NCBI RefSeq assembly: GCF_000143415.4
Contig: NW_003314376.1
Coordinates: 466,156-530,155 of the forward strand
DNA length: 64,000 nt
Source: Selaginella moellendorffii
Lineage: Eukaryota > Plantae > Lycopodiophyta
Direction: 5' to 3'
Shown: positions 1 through 12,424 of the stretch, in pieces
How the letters are laid out: each line of letters starts with the position of its first letter
How positions within the stretch are numbered: position 1 is the stretch's first letter
Program-made: the position numbers and the translations under genes
Notes under the pieces: generated by a model
What the model was told of the DNA's origin: nothing
Databases searched by the model: none
What the model saw: the letters and a program-made list of their open reading frames with translations, nothing else

Positions 1-1276
1 TTTCTGGTTTGTCCTTGGATATCCATAAGTATGAAATGGATTTGGATTTAGCTCTCTCGTGCAGCCTGCACATATTCCTAACTGAGCTCTTCTGAGTTTC
101 ATACATGCCACACATCTTTGTTTTGCCTTAAGGCTCACATATCTCAGTGGCCACACCAGCTTGACCATCTGGAGGGAATGACAAATTTTGATTTAACAAT
201 TAACTGTTGTGAAAGCAAGAGTTATCCAGAAAGACAATTACTTCTTAGTTCTCTAACTCCATCTGTATGGGTGCTGGAAGTGCCCTCTAAGGCTGCATTA
301 GCAACTGCATTAATGGTTTGAGCTAGATCAATGATCATCACTCCTTCCTGCTTGTAAAGATTCATGAAGTAATTTCTTCTTCTTACTCTGACAGACGGTT
401 TAGGAGCAGACAATGTTGGATATGCATTGGTTTGATATAGATCACTGTCCACCACCTTAAAATACTGATGAACAAATTTGTGATTTGGTGAAGCAAACAA
501 AATCTCCCTGAAGCAAAGCTGCCTGCCTCACCCACATGGAAGCCAAATTCAGCTTTATACTCTGCTGTAAATGCTTTATTTCCACTTGCCCCTAGGTATT
601 CCCTTCCCCTGACGCATTGCATTCAAAGCCAGAGGAGACAGAAAGGATATGTGATTTCATACCACAAAGAGACATTGTTTCCTGGGAAGCTTGATGGTTA
701 TATACACCATAGAAATTTGTATAAAGCCCAAGAACTTGAAGATTTTATGCAGACAGAATTTCTACACATGTGTGGACTTCAATGCCTGTAGCATATGCGG
801 CATCTGGAGTTTTTGCTCGCACACCAGTCTCTTAGGACACAAGACCTTATGACCACCATAACTTTCAAAAATTATGTCTGGACCCATGAACTCTCTTGAA
901 TTCATGCAGTGCACTAAATCCATCATGCGAGGTTATTGTGCTTGGTTGAGTTTAACAACCAAAGCCACAAGCCTGTGAGAACTTGTATTGCTCCTCTCTC
1001 CAATTAGTTCTCTCCTCTACTCTGTTTTTTGGTGAAGTGGCTTTTGATTTGTCTTTGGGACATGGGGCTATGCAATTTAAGGGTTCTTTTATCCAGTTTT
1101 ATGGCAATCTCCATGGCAGTGACAGATCTTTGAGTCAAGATGACAATTAACTTCTGTGTGGACAATGTGAATTTATCCAGAAAGACACTGGAAGTTGTAT
1201 AACTCCACGTGCTGGTAGTACTAGCAGAATCTGAAATCCTATTGGTCAGGCTGTTTAATTGTCGATTTAATCTCAC

Positions 1277-4060
1277 AGGCGGTCGTCGCGGACGGCTCTG
1301 AAACTAGTGATCAGAGCGAGCCAGGAAGAAAGTATCCCCTGGTTCGTCATCAGTATAGGAAGCAAAAGAAATCTGTTCCCTTAGTTAGCTACTGCTCCTG
1401 TACTTGTACTGCTCGATCATGCCTCGCGTCAATCCTGTTAGATCGTCCAGGGTAGCACCTGCATGCATCTGGCATTGACGCGCCGCCGCAACCCAATCGC
1501 CGCCGCCCGTCGGCCCATATGCATCGCATCAAGTCGAATGAGTTGCTGGAGGTACTTGCAAAGGGATTCCGGATTGATCCAGATTCTTTGATCTGCGACG
1601 CGCCCACGGCCCCGGATCAATCGCACTATCAAGAACGTGCGACGCGGGCCTTCGGCACGCAAGGGCAAATCTTCAGCTTCTCCATGGACGGCACCCAAGC
1701 TGATCCCGCGCCCATGGATTGAGTTGACCATCCAGAGCTACCCGCAGCAGCTGATGATCCGGCCGCATTGACATTGCCCCCGATAGCTTCAGCAGCGTCG
1801 TGGGCGCTAAGAACAAAGCGACGTCGTCTGGCACCGCCATCACCAGCGATGGCAGCGCAAAGCCCTGAATTTACAGATGCGTCTTCACCATCGGCTTGTA
1901 TCCAAGAATCAAGATGAGGAACCGAGGAGCTCGGGCTCTTCAAGCGATGGTGAGCGATGGTGATCATCCAATGATCGCCGTGGAGACCACTCGGTCTAAG
2001 ACGAAGCGACCTCCAAGTGGCAGATCGAGCTCCAACATCATCAAAAGTTCTAGTTGTCCAGGCAAGAAGAAACGAGCAGGAAGAGGAAGCCAGATACACT
2101 AAAAAGACACGTTGGAATCTCGTTCTATAAGCGAATCCAGCGGTGTGAGATTAACCTTTTCTTCAAAAGGAAGATTTTAGATTTGTCACCGTTTTCTTGG
2201 TGATGGAAAACAAGCAAATATATGCAGCACCGAGGAAGCCGGAGCCAGGTTAGTTTGCTATTCTTTTTTTTTTCTTTTTCTTTTCTAAAATGTTTATCCT
2301 GTGTAGGATCTATGACTGAGATTATATCAAGTTCCGTGGCCAAAACTGCCCAAACTTCCCCTACTCGGACTACACTGATAAGATCCCCCATATAAACATT
2401 TCCACCAAAATTCTTTGGAAAGATCTAACACTTCCATTTTCTTTGCAGTGGCTCAATCTGTCTGACAAAGTACATGCTACGTAACATGAGTCCCGGCGAG
2501 TCATTCCTCTGGTTTACACCCGAACTTCTTGGAGATGACGCTGGCTCTCCATGCACGAGGCAGACTTGGCCTCGAGGTTCAAACTTCTATCGTCTCAAAA
2601 GGTCAGAAAGTCTTTTGAAGGTAACTAGTAAGCCTTATCCCTCTAAACCTGACCATCTAGGATGTGAAATACAACGTTGCCTGATCTGAAGGCAACAATA
2701 TAATCCAGAGCCAACACTCAAGCTTTTAATTCCAACACTCTGGTTTTTATGTCTTTTCTCTGCTGGTTTGCTTCGAGTGTCTCTTGTCAAGATGGCGCTT
2801 CGGGACCAGCTAGTGCCGTGGAATTAAAGTTCCAGGCTTACGGCGAGGAGGCCACGCTCGGGTGCTGATTGCGGCCCAGTATGGCGTCACCGTGTCGCCC
2901 CGACCCGCGACGAGATCGAGGAGTTCGTCGTGGGAGTGGAGGAGAAGGATGACAGCAGCAAGCGTTTTGTAGACAAGTAAGCACGCTCCCCCTTTTCTGT
3001 TGCCTGGCTGCCGCTCTTACTTGGTTTGTTTCTCTGGTGCTTACTTGGTTTTTTTCTGTTTACGTGTTCGGTTGTGCTTGACGTGCGTGCTTGCTCTCCG
3101 CAACGCAGGTACAATTTTGATGTTTTCAACGACGTTCCCCTGTCTGGTCGTTTCGAATGGGTACAGTTCCACCCTCGTTGCTCCTAAATTATTCGGACGC
3201 TACTCGCTACGATGCGCTGCTGCAAGAAGAAAACTGGAGAAAAGGAAAGAGCAGGAAAAAAAAACCGTCTTGTTAGACTAGAGAGAGAGAGAGAGCTCCT
3301 AGAGAAGACCATGCATTGACACAGTCATGTAACAGACTAATGCCATCATGATATATAGAAAAAAGATGAGAAGTAAGGCAAGCAAGAAAAAGAGATGTCA
3401 TACTCATACCTTCATCCACCTTTGAGCCAGTTGATTCTTTGCCATCATTGTTTTGTTTTTCTTTTCCTCTGGACTCTCATACGATTCGACTCGGTGAGTC
3501 TTTCATTATACGTTCCAAGAGATGAACTTCGATATTTCGCTTGCTTGTTTTGTTTTTGTTTTGCATTTCCAGGGTCATGTAAGACACAAGAGGAGGTCAA
3601 GAAAAACTCAAACCTCACTCGCTAATTACTAAGAATCTAACACATTGTTTCAACAGGACCTATGACAGAGCAGTCATTAGATTCTTTGGCAAGGCTAAAG
3701 CAGACATGCCTCAGGTGATTTGTTTGTATTTCCTGATTGAGATACTGAGACGATATTGCAGTGGATCACTTTTAGCAAGGTAGATTTTATTTCCTACATA
3801 CGCAGTCGAGCAGGAAAAGGAAGTTCAAAGTACATACAGCTCCAAGAGCTGTATACGATAGGAAGGTGAAGGAGAGGAGGATTGATGATTGTGTGGTAAA
3901 CGAAGCAATGCCACACTGCATAGATGAGAAGACGATCGGTGACTGTATAGTAAACGAAAGGATGCCACACGAAATAACTTGAAGCATATAAGAGGAATGG
4001 GGTGCAATGGATGAGTCGAATTTGAAGACATTTAGCATGCCAAACTCTCATATGTCATTG
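1277..4060 (+). pseudogene. AP2-like transcription factor pseudogene, copy A (paralogue of 27519-29516)
   Basis: Colinear nucleotide similarity to the intact gene from the upstream motif ggcggtcgtcg through ATG 1419, the AP2 exons and the last exon (KRKFKVHTA..AVYDRK). It has many small deletions, frameshifts and stops, and is interrupted at ~2750-3468 by a foreign insert. Confidence 0.9.
2828..3187 (+). pseudogene. KRP: KRP/ICK (Kip-related CDK inhibitor) gene fragment: last two exons, inserted in AP2 pseudogene copy A
   Basis: Splicing 2828-2976 (GT donor) to 3109-3187 (AG acceptor) gives ...VAPTRDEIEEFVVGVEEKDDSSKRFVDK|YNFDVFNDVPLSGRFEWVQFHPRCS*. This matches the KRP C-terminal CDK/cyclin-binding domain (EIEEF...KRF..KYNFD..ND.PL.GR.EW). 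There is an in-frame stop at 2825-2827 and no 5' exons. Confidence 0.85.
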
Positions 4061-7000
4061 TCTATGAATAAATCCTCAAAATTAGCATGAGAACAAAGAG
4101 AGTATATGCCACTTCAGTATACAAGTATCCTTAAAACATAATCACACTCTTGACCTAAGAATACATACTTCTTCAAGCTTCTCATCAGCAGATTTGAGTG
4201 TCGACTGTAAAGCAGCTGTGAAGAAGGGTGTTCAGCTGCAGAAACTGGATCACTCTGCCTCGCAAACCCGGTGAGATGAAGCAGTGAGACACTGTCATTG
4301 GGTTCACGCCGAAGGCTTGGCAATCGTACAGTACATAATATAGCATTCATGGCTTTGTTTGTGCATAACATTTGTGGATTTGCTTTTACATCTACAGTGA
4401 ATTTCTAACCCTTTGGCTCTATTGTGCAATCTAGATTTGGACTTGCTCACAAATCCTAGGAAGTATCATGTTTGTCGGTACAATTGAGTTTTTTAGTTTG
4501 GAAGTATGTGTCATGAATTGCAGAACTTTTTCTATCGATTGTTTTGTCTGTTTATGGTGTTGGATAACTGATTAAGTTAGTTGCGTGCTGAGAAATAATC
4601 TTGCTTAAACCATATAGCTTGGTCTATAACTACATGTTCTTTGTTGTAGGTTGTTTATTCTTGCAATGAACGTCTCGGCAATAGTTGCTGTAGTAGAGTT
4701 TGTCTACTCAAGTCCCGTCCTCAAAGCAAAGGCATTTCTAACGTCCAGAATTTATAATTTTGTTTTTTCTTCCATAAGATAACAGAAGGCCATAACTGAA
4801 CTGCTAATCCGGCCACCAGCCTCTCATTCTTACAGTACTCGACAACGCACTTTTCAAAGAGATCTGGCCCGAGCAGCAGGACAAAGCTCTGGACGATCTA
4901 AACACCTGTGTCCCAGTCCACTACTTCAACAACAGAGAAGTCAGTGAGTATGCTGAGCATTGACTCCACCTCAACAAGGAGGCACTTTTGGCAACGAGTT
5001 CATGGGAAAGGGATGACCATAGGCTTCTCAAGTTGCTACCTATCCCAGAGCAGCTTTCTAAGCTCGCTATTTGCCAGGCAAAAGGGGATCAAATCTTTTT
5101 CATTTCCATGTTTCATTTTAGCATGTACAGTCCATTTCCAGCAAACTTTTGATTGAGAAAGCTCTACAGCGACCTCGACTTGCTGCTGCTGGCCATGATC
5201 AAGGAGTGCCAAGATCTAGCGAGAAACAATAGAGGCCAGACCCATGACTTACTGGGGCTGGAAACTCTTCTTTCGACGATTGGTCCGTGATGGAGGAGTG
5301 CAAGACCACCTACGTTGCTGGCCACAAGATGATGGCAACTCCCCTCACCTGGTCCGTGATGGTTTTGCATATTGCTTTCAAGTTCAAGATTTGTTTTTCC
5401 TGGCTAGATCAACATAATTATGGCTTTGGAGCTGTTTGAGAGGATGAGCTATGGACAATATAGCTAGAACAATAGGGTTCTATGTCAAGAAGCATATTGT
5501 GCAATTCCTAGAAAGGATTAAACAGACTCTGGCATACATGATAAAATGCTATCAATGTATGAAAAGTGTAAAGACAGAACTCGCCCACCAGCTCTGAATA
5601 TCTTGAACCAATCGGGAGTGATTGCGCCACTGCATCCTTGATAAAAAAAAAAAAAAACAGTCTTCAAATTAGAAAGGTGAATGTGTGCCACTTACTTAAC
5701 AGTAGCAGCCAGCTCCAGCGAAGGAAATGGGCACTTGTCAAGCTCGTAACCACACAAGGAACCGACTCTTAGACTGCAAAAATCCCCAAATCTTCTGTTA
5801 GCGAGCTGAGAACTGGAGGATTCGGGCTGGAGAAGTCGGCCTTACATCCTCCACCGCTGCTACACAACTGCCGTAGCTCAACGACAAACCCCAATATATA
5901 TATAATTCATGTTTTGTGCACGGTGAGACTATTTACTCCCGCATGCTAGGTGAGACTATGCTGTGCCAACTATAAGAAGAGGCTGTCGTCGGCACCGAGC
6001 TCTGTGTCGCCCCTGAGGATTCCGTCCGAAGGGCGCCATATACCATTTTGAGCATACGAGTTTTGTCAAAATGTTACTCCAAATGTGACTATTGAGAAGC
6101 AAGAATTTTTTAGAGAGATTATATTTCTACTTACAAACGAATTTGATTAGAGATATACAGCAAAGTGATTGATTTTCACAAGAGGAACGGATACAACAGG
6201 AGTGAGAACCATCACATTAGAAGAGATGCAGCACTCAAAGTCAATTGCAGAACTTATTCTAGAATTCTTCTCCGAGGCCTCATTTTCGATGCAAGTAGAT
6301 GCCATCGTAGAATTCTTCATACCTATTTTCAACCTCTGAAAAACATGGCTCTTGCAAGTCTAACATTATATACTCTGGTGGTAAACAAGGTCTCTCCATA
6401 GCAGAATTTTAACAAACAGGATGGATTGATAACTGATCTACCTGAAACAAAGTGTTGTCTCTCATAGTATGTCTATGAGCAAGCTTATATTTTAATGCAA
6501 GTAGCTGGCATAGTAAAATTCTTAATTTTGAGTTAGATTAAGCTCCCTTAGTTGTGTGTGTTGCTTACCTAATTAAACAACTCAAAAGTTTGTGTGTTTT
6601 GGAGACGGTAACTACGATGGAGATCTGGTGAGGAGGAGCTTCTGCAGTGATCCGATCTTCGCACTGTGATGTTCGTCTGTTCGCTGAGGTTAGAGCCTCG
6701 CTGCGCTACCGTGATTAAACAACTCTGAAGTTTGTGTGCTTGGACACCTTGGACGGAACAGATATGAAAGGTTGAGAATGATTACAACATTAAATTAGAA
6801 GAGAAGCAGCAATTGTGGAACTTATCTTCTCAGGCAACATGAAGAGTATAAGTTAATCATCTTGCATAAAGAAAGAAATAATGAGGGAGCAAGATGATAA
6901 ACTTACACTCTTTGGAGAAGAAAAGTTATACAATTGTTAATCATACTCAACTTCTTTATCTTCTCCTTTTATAATAATCTACTTGGTGACCCAAGACAAA

Positions 7001-7140
7001 ATTAACTGTCAATCTGTGACAGAACACTAAGGCCAGTACTAAACACTAGTGGTGTCTCCCCGAGCTCACATTCTATTTGTCATACATTCCAGTGGCACTG
7101 AAAGCCATGGTGCGTATGTTTTAATGGGAGTGTACGTCAA

Positions 7141-9350
7141 AGGCCCCGATGGTGAAACGAGAGTGCTGAAAAACATGACCTCTCTATCAGAGCCAGGAAA
7201 AAAATATCCCGTGGTCGTTTCCTGTATAAGAGTCTTGCACCTGTGAGAGTGAGAGAGATCTGTAGCTCGCTCGAGAACAAAATTGAGAGAGAACGAAAGA
7301 GAGTGAGAGATGGTCTTCTTCTTCACTTTCTTTCCGGCGGCTTTCCTGATTTGCTTTGCTTTGATCCTTCGCCCTAGCTAGAACTTTGGCGTGGTGTGCG
7401 CAAGCTCGTGTTTCCAGTATAGGAAGGAAAAAAAATCTCTTATACAGTGGGCTTTAGTTCCTTCTCTTTTCGACTTGTGGTTCGTGGCCCCGTTTCCAGT
7501 ACATGAAATCTCTTATAAGTTCCTTGGTTTCTCTGGTTCTCTTTCGTCTTGTTTTGGTCGATCATGCCTCGCGTCAATAATTCTGTTAGATCGTCCAGGG
7601 TAGCACCTGCACCTGCACCTGCCTCTGGCATTGCGGTGCCGCCGTACCCAATCGCCGCCGCCCGTTGGCCCATATCCATCACATCGAGTCGAATGAGTTG
7701 CTCGCTATGGAGGTACTTGCGAAGGGAGTCCGGATTGATCCGGATTCTAGTGAGCGCCCACGGCCCCGAATCAAGAACACACTATCAAGAACATGCGGCG
7801 TGGGTGTTCGGTGTGCAAGGGTAAACCTTCAGCTTCTCCAAGGTCGGAACCAGCTCGCCACCAAGCTCTGGTCTTTCCAGCAGATCCCGCACCCATGGAT
7901 GAAGTTGACCATACAGTGCTAGCCGCCGACGTGCGCACGGAGATACACTAAAAAGACGTTGGAGTCTCGTTCTACAAGCGAATCCAGCGGTGGGAGATTC
8001 ACCTTTGGTGAGTATGTTCTTCAAAAGAAGATTTTAGATTTGTCACGCTGATTTTCTCGTTTTCTTGGTGATCAGGGGAAACAAGCAAATGTATGTTGGT
8101 TCATGCAGCACTGAGCCAGGTTAATTTGTTTATCTTCTTCTTTTTCTATCTTTATAAGATGTTTAATGACAGTGACCGAGCTTACATCAAGTTCCGTGGC
8201 CAAAACTGCCAAAACTTGGACGAGATCCCCCACGTACGATCATATTAACATTTCCATCAAAGTGATCTAACACTTGGGTGTTTTCTGCAGTGGATCAATC
8301 TGTCTGACAAAGAATTCATCTTCATGCTACGTAACATGAATCGCGGTGAGTCATTGCTCTGATTTACACCCGAACTTCTTGGAGGTGACGCTGGCTCTCC
8401 ATGCACGACGGAGACTCTGCCTCGAGCATCAATCTATCGCGGAGTCTACCGTCTCAAAAAGTCAGAAAGTCAAGAATTCTCTTGGGCACGTAAGTAACCC
8501 TTATCCCTCTAAACCTGACCATGTAACTACCTGGATGTGAGACACAACGTTGCCTGGATTTCACTTTTCAAAGCCAACGCAAGCTTTCGATTCTAACACT
8601 TTGTTTTTCATATTTGGTGTAGGCTGGACTCTCGTACATTTCGACTGGGTGAGTCTTTCATTATATGTTCCAAGAGCTGAAGTTTGATATTTCGTTTTTG
8701 TTTGATTGTTTTTGTTTTGCATTTCCAGGGTCATGTAAGACACAAGAGGAGGCAGCAAGGTTCAAGAAAAACTCAAACCTCACTCGCTAATTATTAAGAA
8801 TCTAAAACACAAGAGCTATGACTGAGCGGTCATTAAATTCTTTGGGAAGGCTAAAGCACTCAACTTCGCATATGAAGACTACATGGATGAGATGCCTTAG
8901 GTGATTTTTTTTGCATGTCCTGATTGAGAAACTAAAACGATATTACAGTGGATCACTTTGAGCAAGGAAGATTTTATTTCCTACATACTGCACACTTGAG
9001 CAAGAAAAGGAAGGTAAAGGTACATACAGCTCAAAGAGCTGTATACCATAGGAAGGTGAAAGAGAGAAGGATTAATGATTGTGTGGTAAACGAAGCAATG
9101 CCACACTACATAGATGAGAAGAGGATCGGTGATTCTGTGGTGAATGAAGGTTGGGCTTAAGGAAGTACCAAGCATATTAGAGGAATGAACGCTGTAGGAG
9201 TTTAATTTGGAGAAAGACACTTTGGAAAGACACGTAGACTGCCAAACTCTCATATGTCATTGTCCATGAATAAATCCTAGCATGAGAAGTCTACAAGAAG
9301 CGGCTATGTCACAAAGAGAGGGATGCTTGACGCCCAAGAATACATCCGCG
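7141..9350 (+). pseudogene. AP2-like transcription factor pseudogene, copy B
   Basis: Colinear with the intact gene: ATG 7564, microexon gctggactctcgtacatttcgactgg, and last exon. It has a large deletion in exon 1, frameshifts, and a TAG replacing the CAG at the end of the second AP2 repeat (~8898-8900). Confidence 0.9.
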
Positions 9351-9989
9351 TAGACTTCAACACTTGCAGCATTTTGCAGCGACGATGTTAAACCATTGAA
9401 CTTGTGGCTTGGAAATCTGCGTAGTACTCAACGTGTCTCTCGAGATGTGGTTGATGATATGATCTGACTCTCTCTTTTTTCTTTCTACCAGGTGTATACG
9501 CTGCTTGTTCCACGTGGGAACTCCCGGTAGCATGTTAACTATCCTCTTCTCACGCAAAGATTCCAAACTAAATTTACGACTTTTTCCAGAGTTCTTCAGG
9601 TAAAGGTGTTCCCATTTTCCTGGACCAGCTTTTTGATGGTTACAGGAAATGGTGTTTGAAAGTGGTTCTCCAGCCCGAGCCAAGCAGAAAGAATCGTCTA
9701 ATGAGAGTTCCAGAAAAAAAACGGCTTGGCTGCCATAAGAGAGCCTTGTACAGGAGGAACTCCTTTTTGACGAACCGATCTTTGTATCTGTGCTTACACT
9801 TTCAGTTCAGACGCTGGCTACTCTGAATTTTCAGATTTGTCCCAAAACCAGCAGTATGGACGCGGGATCTCGTCACCATCATAACTTTCGTTAAGTCTGG
9901 TCGTTTTTGAAGCCAGCGACAAGATCACGGAGCTCGCGTTTCCTCCCTTCCAATCGAATCACACCCCGGGGGTCTTCACCATATCGCTC

Positions 9990-10300
9990 AGTCGCACTTT
10001 CTATGACATGAATAAATCCCAAGTTTGCGACTTTGGTCTCCATGAATCCCAGACTTCGATCTTGTGTTCTTCCCTCACACCAGAACTAATGCTGCAATGG
10101 CTGGGAGTTAGCTCTAGGATGCGATGAGCGGCTCGTTTTCCAACGTGCAGATTGTTGGATTCGAGCACACCGTCCTCCACAACGCCAATTCCGGCTGGAA
10201 CGGCATACATCCTCGGCCTCCTCAAGCGGCTGAGCATATCTGAGATCACTATATTTTGCTCGAAAGTTGGCCGCTTGCCAACGTGGTGCTGGCTGTACTC
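9990..10300 (-). pseudogene. PPR gene 3' remnant (copy of the end of 12425-15193)
   Basis: Translates to RPTFEQNIVISDMLSR...HVGKRAAHRILELTPS...REEHKIEVWD, matching RPTFEHYVVMSDMLSR...HVGKRAADRILELSPS...RREHKIGVW with internal deletions. Confidence 0.85.
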
Positions 10301-10649
10301 ATGCCCAAATTTGAGAATCAGCCAATTAATGTGCATTCTTACATGAAAGAACCCAGTGGAATCATTTGCCTTGCACTTGCCCAAATCCACTGGAGAGGAA
10401 AAATGTTTGGGTCCAGTGTACAAAGAATGATGTCACTTTTGCTGTATTGGCTCTAGTTTTACCTTTCCTATTAGATATGACCCCAAGGATCAGATTTATG
10501 CCCATATGCTCCATTTAAGTTCAAGAATATCTCCATAATCGTATAGCCTTTTTGCCTAGAATGGGCTTAAAAGGATGACTAAGTTAAGTTTAGTCAATTG
10601 GTGGAGCAGTGGCGCAGAGGGCTTGAGGGTGGCTGGGTGGTGATCTGCT

Positions 10650-11745
10650 TTGTATCAATGTGGTAATTCTTCCTTAAGTTCTAATATTAGAGGATTGAGT
10701 TTGAGAATTTGCGAGTTTGTTGCTATGGATTCTACAGGGCAAGCTGCTAATCAATCATTTACGGAGGCTTGGACAATAGATAAGGTAGTACTAGAATTCT
10801 TCAACAACAATATCAAGGTTGACATGCCTTTGGCAGACATGTATAGATGCATTAAGAAGATGGGAGAATTCTTGAGATGGCTAGAGTTGTATCACAAATC
10901 AAGCTTAGATTCCTGAGTATATGGCACTGATGTCCCTGTAAATGAGGCATTCAGCTAGCTACAGAAGACTTTTGTAATTGATCTAGGTTCAAAAATTGTT
11001 AGAAGAGGATATTGATCCTTGTGGAGGTGGTGCTTAGTGGACTTGCCTTTTGAACTAACACACCACTGTTGGCAAGGGACTTTTAGCGTCATAAAATGAA
11101 TTTGAGTTTAAGTAGGAATTTGCTATGATGCTTCTCATGCATAATGTAATCTTCACTACTTGAAGCAAGACAATTTAAGCCTGGAAAAGTATATTGAGAA
11201 GTTTGGGATGTTGTTGAGTAATGTGCCCAATGATTATACTAAGGGTTTGAGAAGTTTGGAATGTTATTGAATCATGTACCCAATAATTATACTGAGGAGC
11301 TCAGAAAGATCACTTTGTGGACAGCTTGCACAACAATGGGATGTGAGATCATTTGAAAACTTAACAAAGTCTTTAGAATGTTTTTTGAACAAACTTAGAA
11401 CATAGTGGATAAGGGTGATACACATCCTTAGGACAAGGGTGCCAAACATGGGAGGAGCCCCTCCTGAGACGAGACTAGTGGCGGCAGTGAAAGGTAAATT
11501 CATTTGAAGTCTTGTGTGGAAAGTGGTGGTGGCAATAGTGGTCAAGGCAATGGAAAGAAGCCTTGGATTACCAAGCAAATGTATAACTATTGGAGTTTGC
11601 CTCAATTTGGTGCCGCTCTTGCACAAGAGTAGTGAGCACGAAATAGATGATTGACCATCCAGCAGCCAACAACACATGGATGGACGACCACACCCACACG
11701 GCACAAGTGTGGTGAGGAAGGTCATTGGAAGGTAGATTGTCCTAG
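10650..11745 (+). mobile_element. Degenerate LTR-retrotransposon gag-like remnant
   Basis: Stop-riddled reading frame with LHYLKQDNLSLEKYIEKF (~11150-11205), resembling the retrotransposon gag LxQ...S..EY..F motif. It joins abruptly to AP2 copy C at ~11750. Confidence 0.45.
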
Positions 11746-11749
11746 AATA

Positions 11750-12290
11750 AACCTTCAATTCTAACATTGTGGTTTTCATCTTTGGTGCAGGCTGGACTCT
11801 CGTACAGTTTGACTGGGTGAGTCGTTCATTATTTATTCCAAGAGCTGAACTTTGATATTTCATTTTTGTTTGTTTTGTTTTTGTTTTGCATTTCATTTGG
11901 GGTGATATATGACAGAAGACATTATTTCGACAGGAGCTATGATCCAGTGGTGATCAGATTCTTCAGCAATGCTAAAGCACTCGACTTTGCATATGAAGAC
12001 TACACCGATGAGATACCACAGGTTCTTTTGTTTGCATGTCCTGATCGAGAAACTAAGACGATTTTACAGTGGACCACTTTGAGCAAGGAAGAGTTTATTT
12101 CGTAGATACAGAATTCTGCACAGTCGAGCAAGAAAAGGAAGTTCGAGGTACATACAGCTCTAAAAGCTGTATACGATAGGAAGGTGAAGAAGTGGAGGAT
12201 TACTGATTGTGTGGTAAACGAAGCAATGCCACACTATATTGGTGAAGAGGATATAGTGAACGCTGTGCAATGGACGAGTTGAATTTGGAC
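11750..12290 (+). pseudogene. AP2-like pseudogene, copy C (3' part only: second AP2 repeat and last exon)
   Basis: The 26-nt microexon equivalent has an in-frame TGA, and the 31-nt exon is degenerate. It then reads RSYDPVVIRFFSNAKALDFAYEDYTDEIPQ|WTTLSKEEFIS*. Confidence 0.85.
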
Positions 12291-12424
12291 ACACTAGCTC
12301 CCATTTTCCTGGACCAGCTTTTCGATGGCTTACAGGAAATGGTGCTTGCAAGAGCCCGAGCCAAGCCAATAAGGAAGAAAGAGTTCCACCAAAAAAATTA
12401 AAATAGAGGGCATTCTCTGTGTGA

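Noticed and set aside
118-1276. Short ORFs at the window start
   Set aside because: No recognisable domain and frequent stops; probably decayed repeat DNA.
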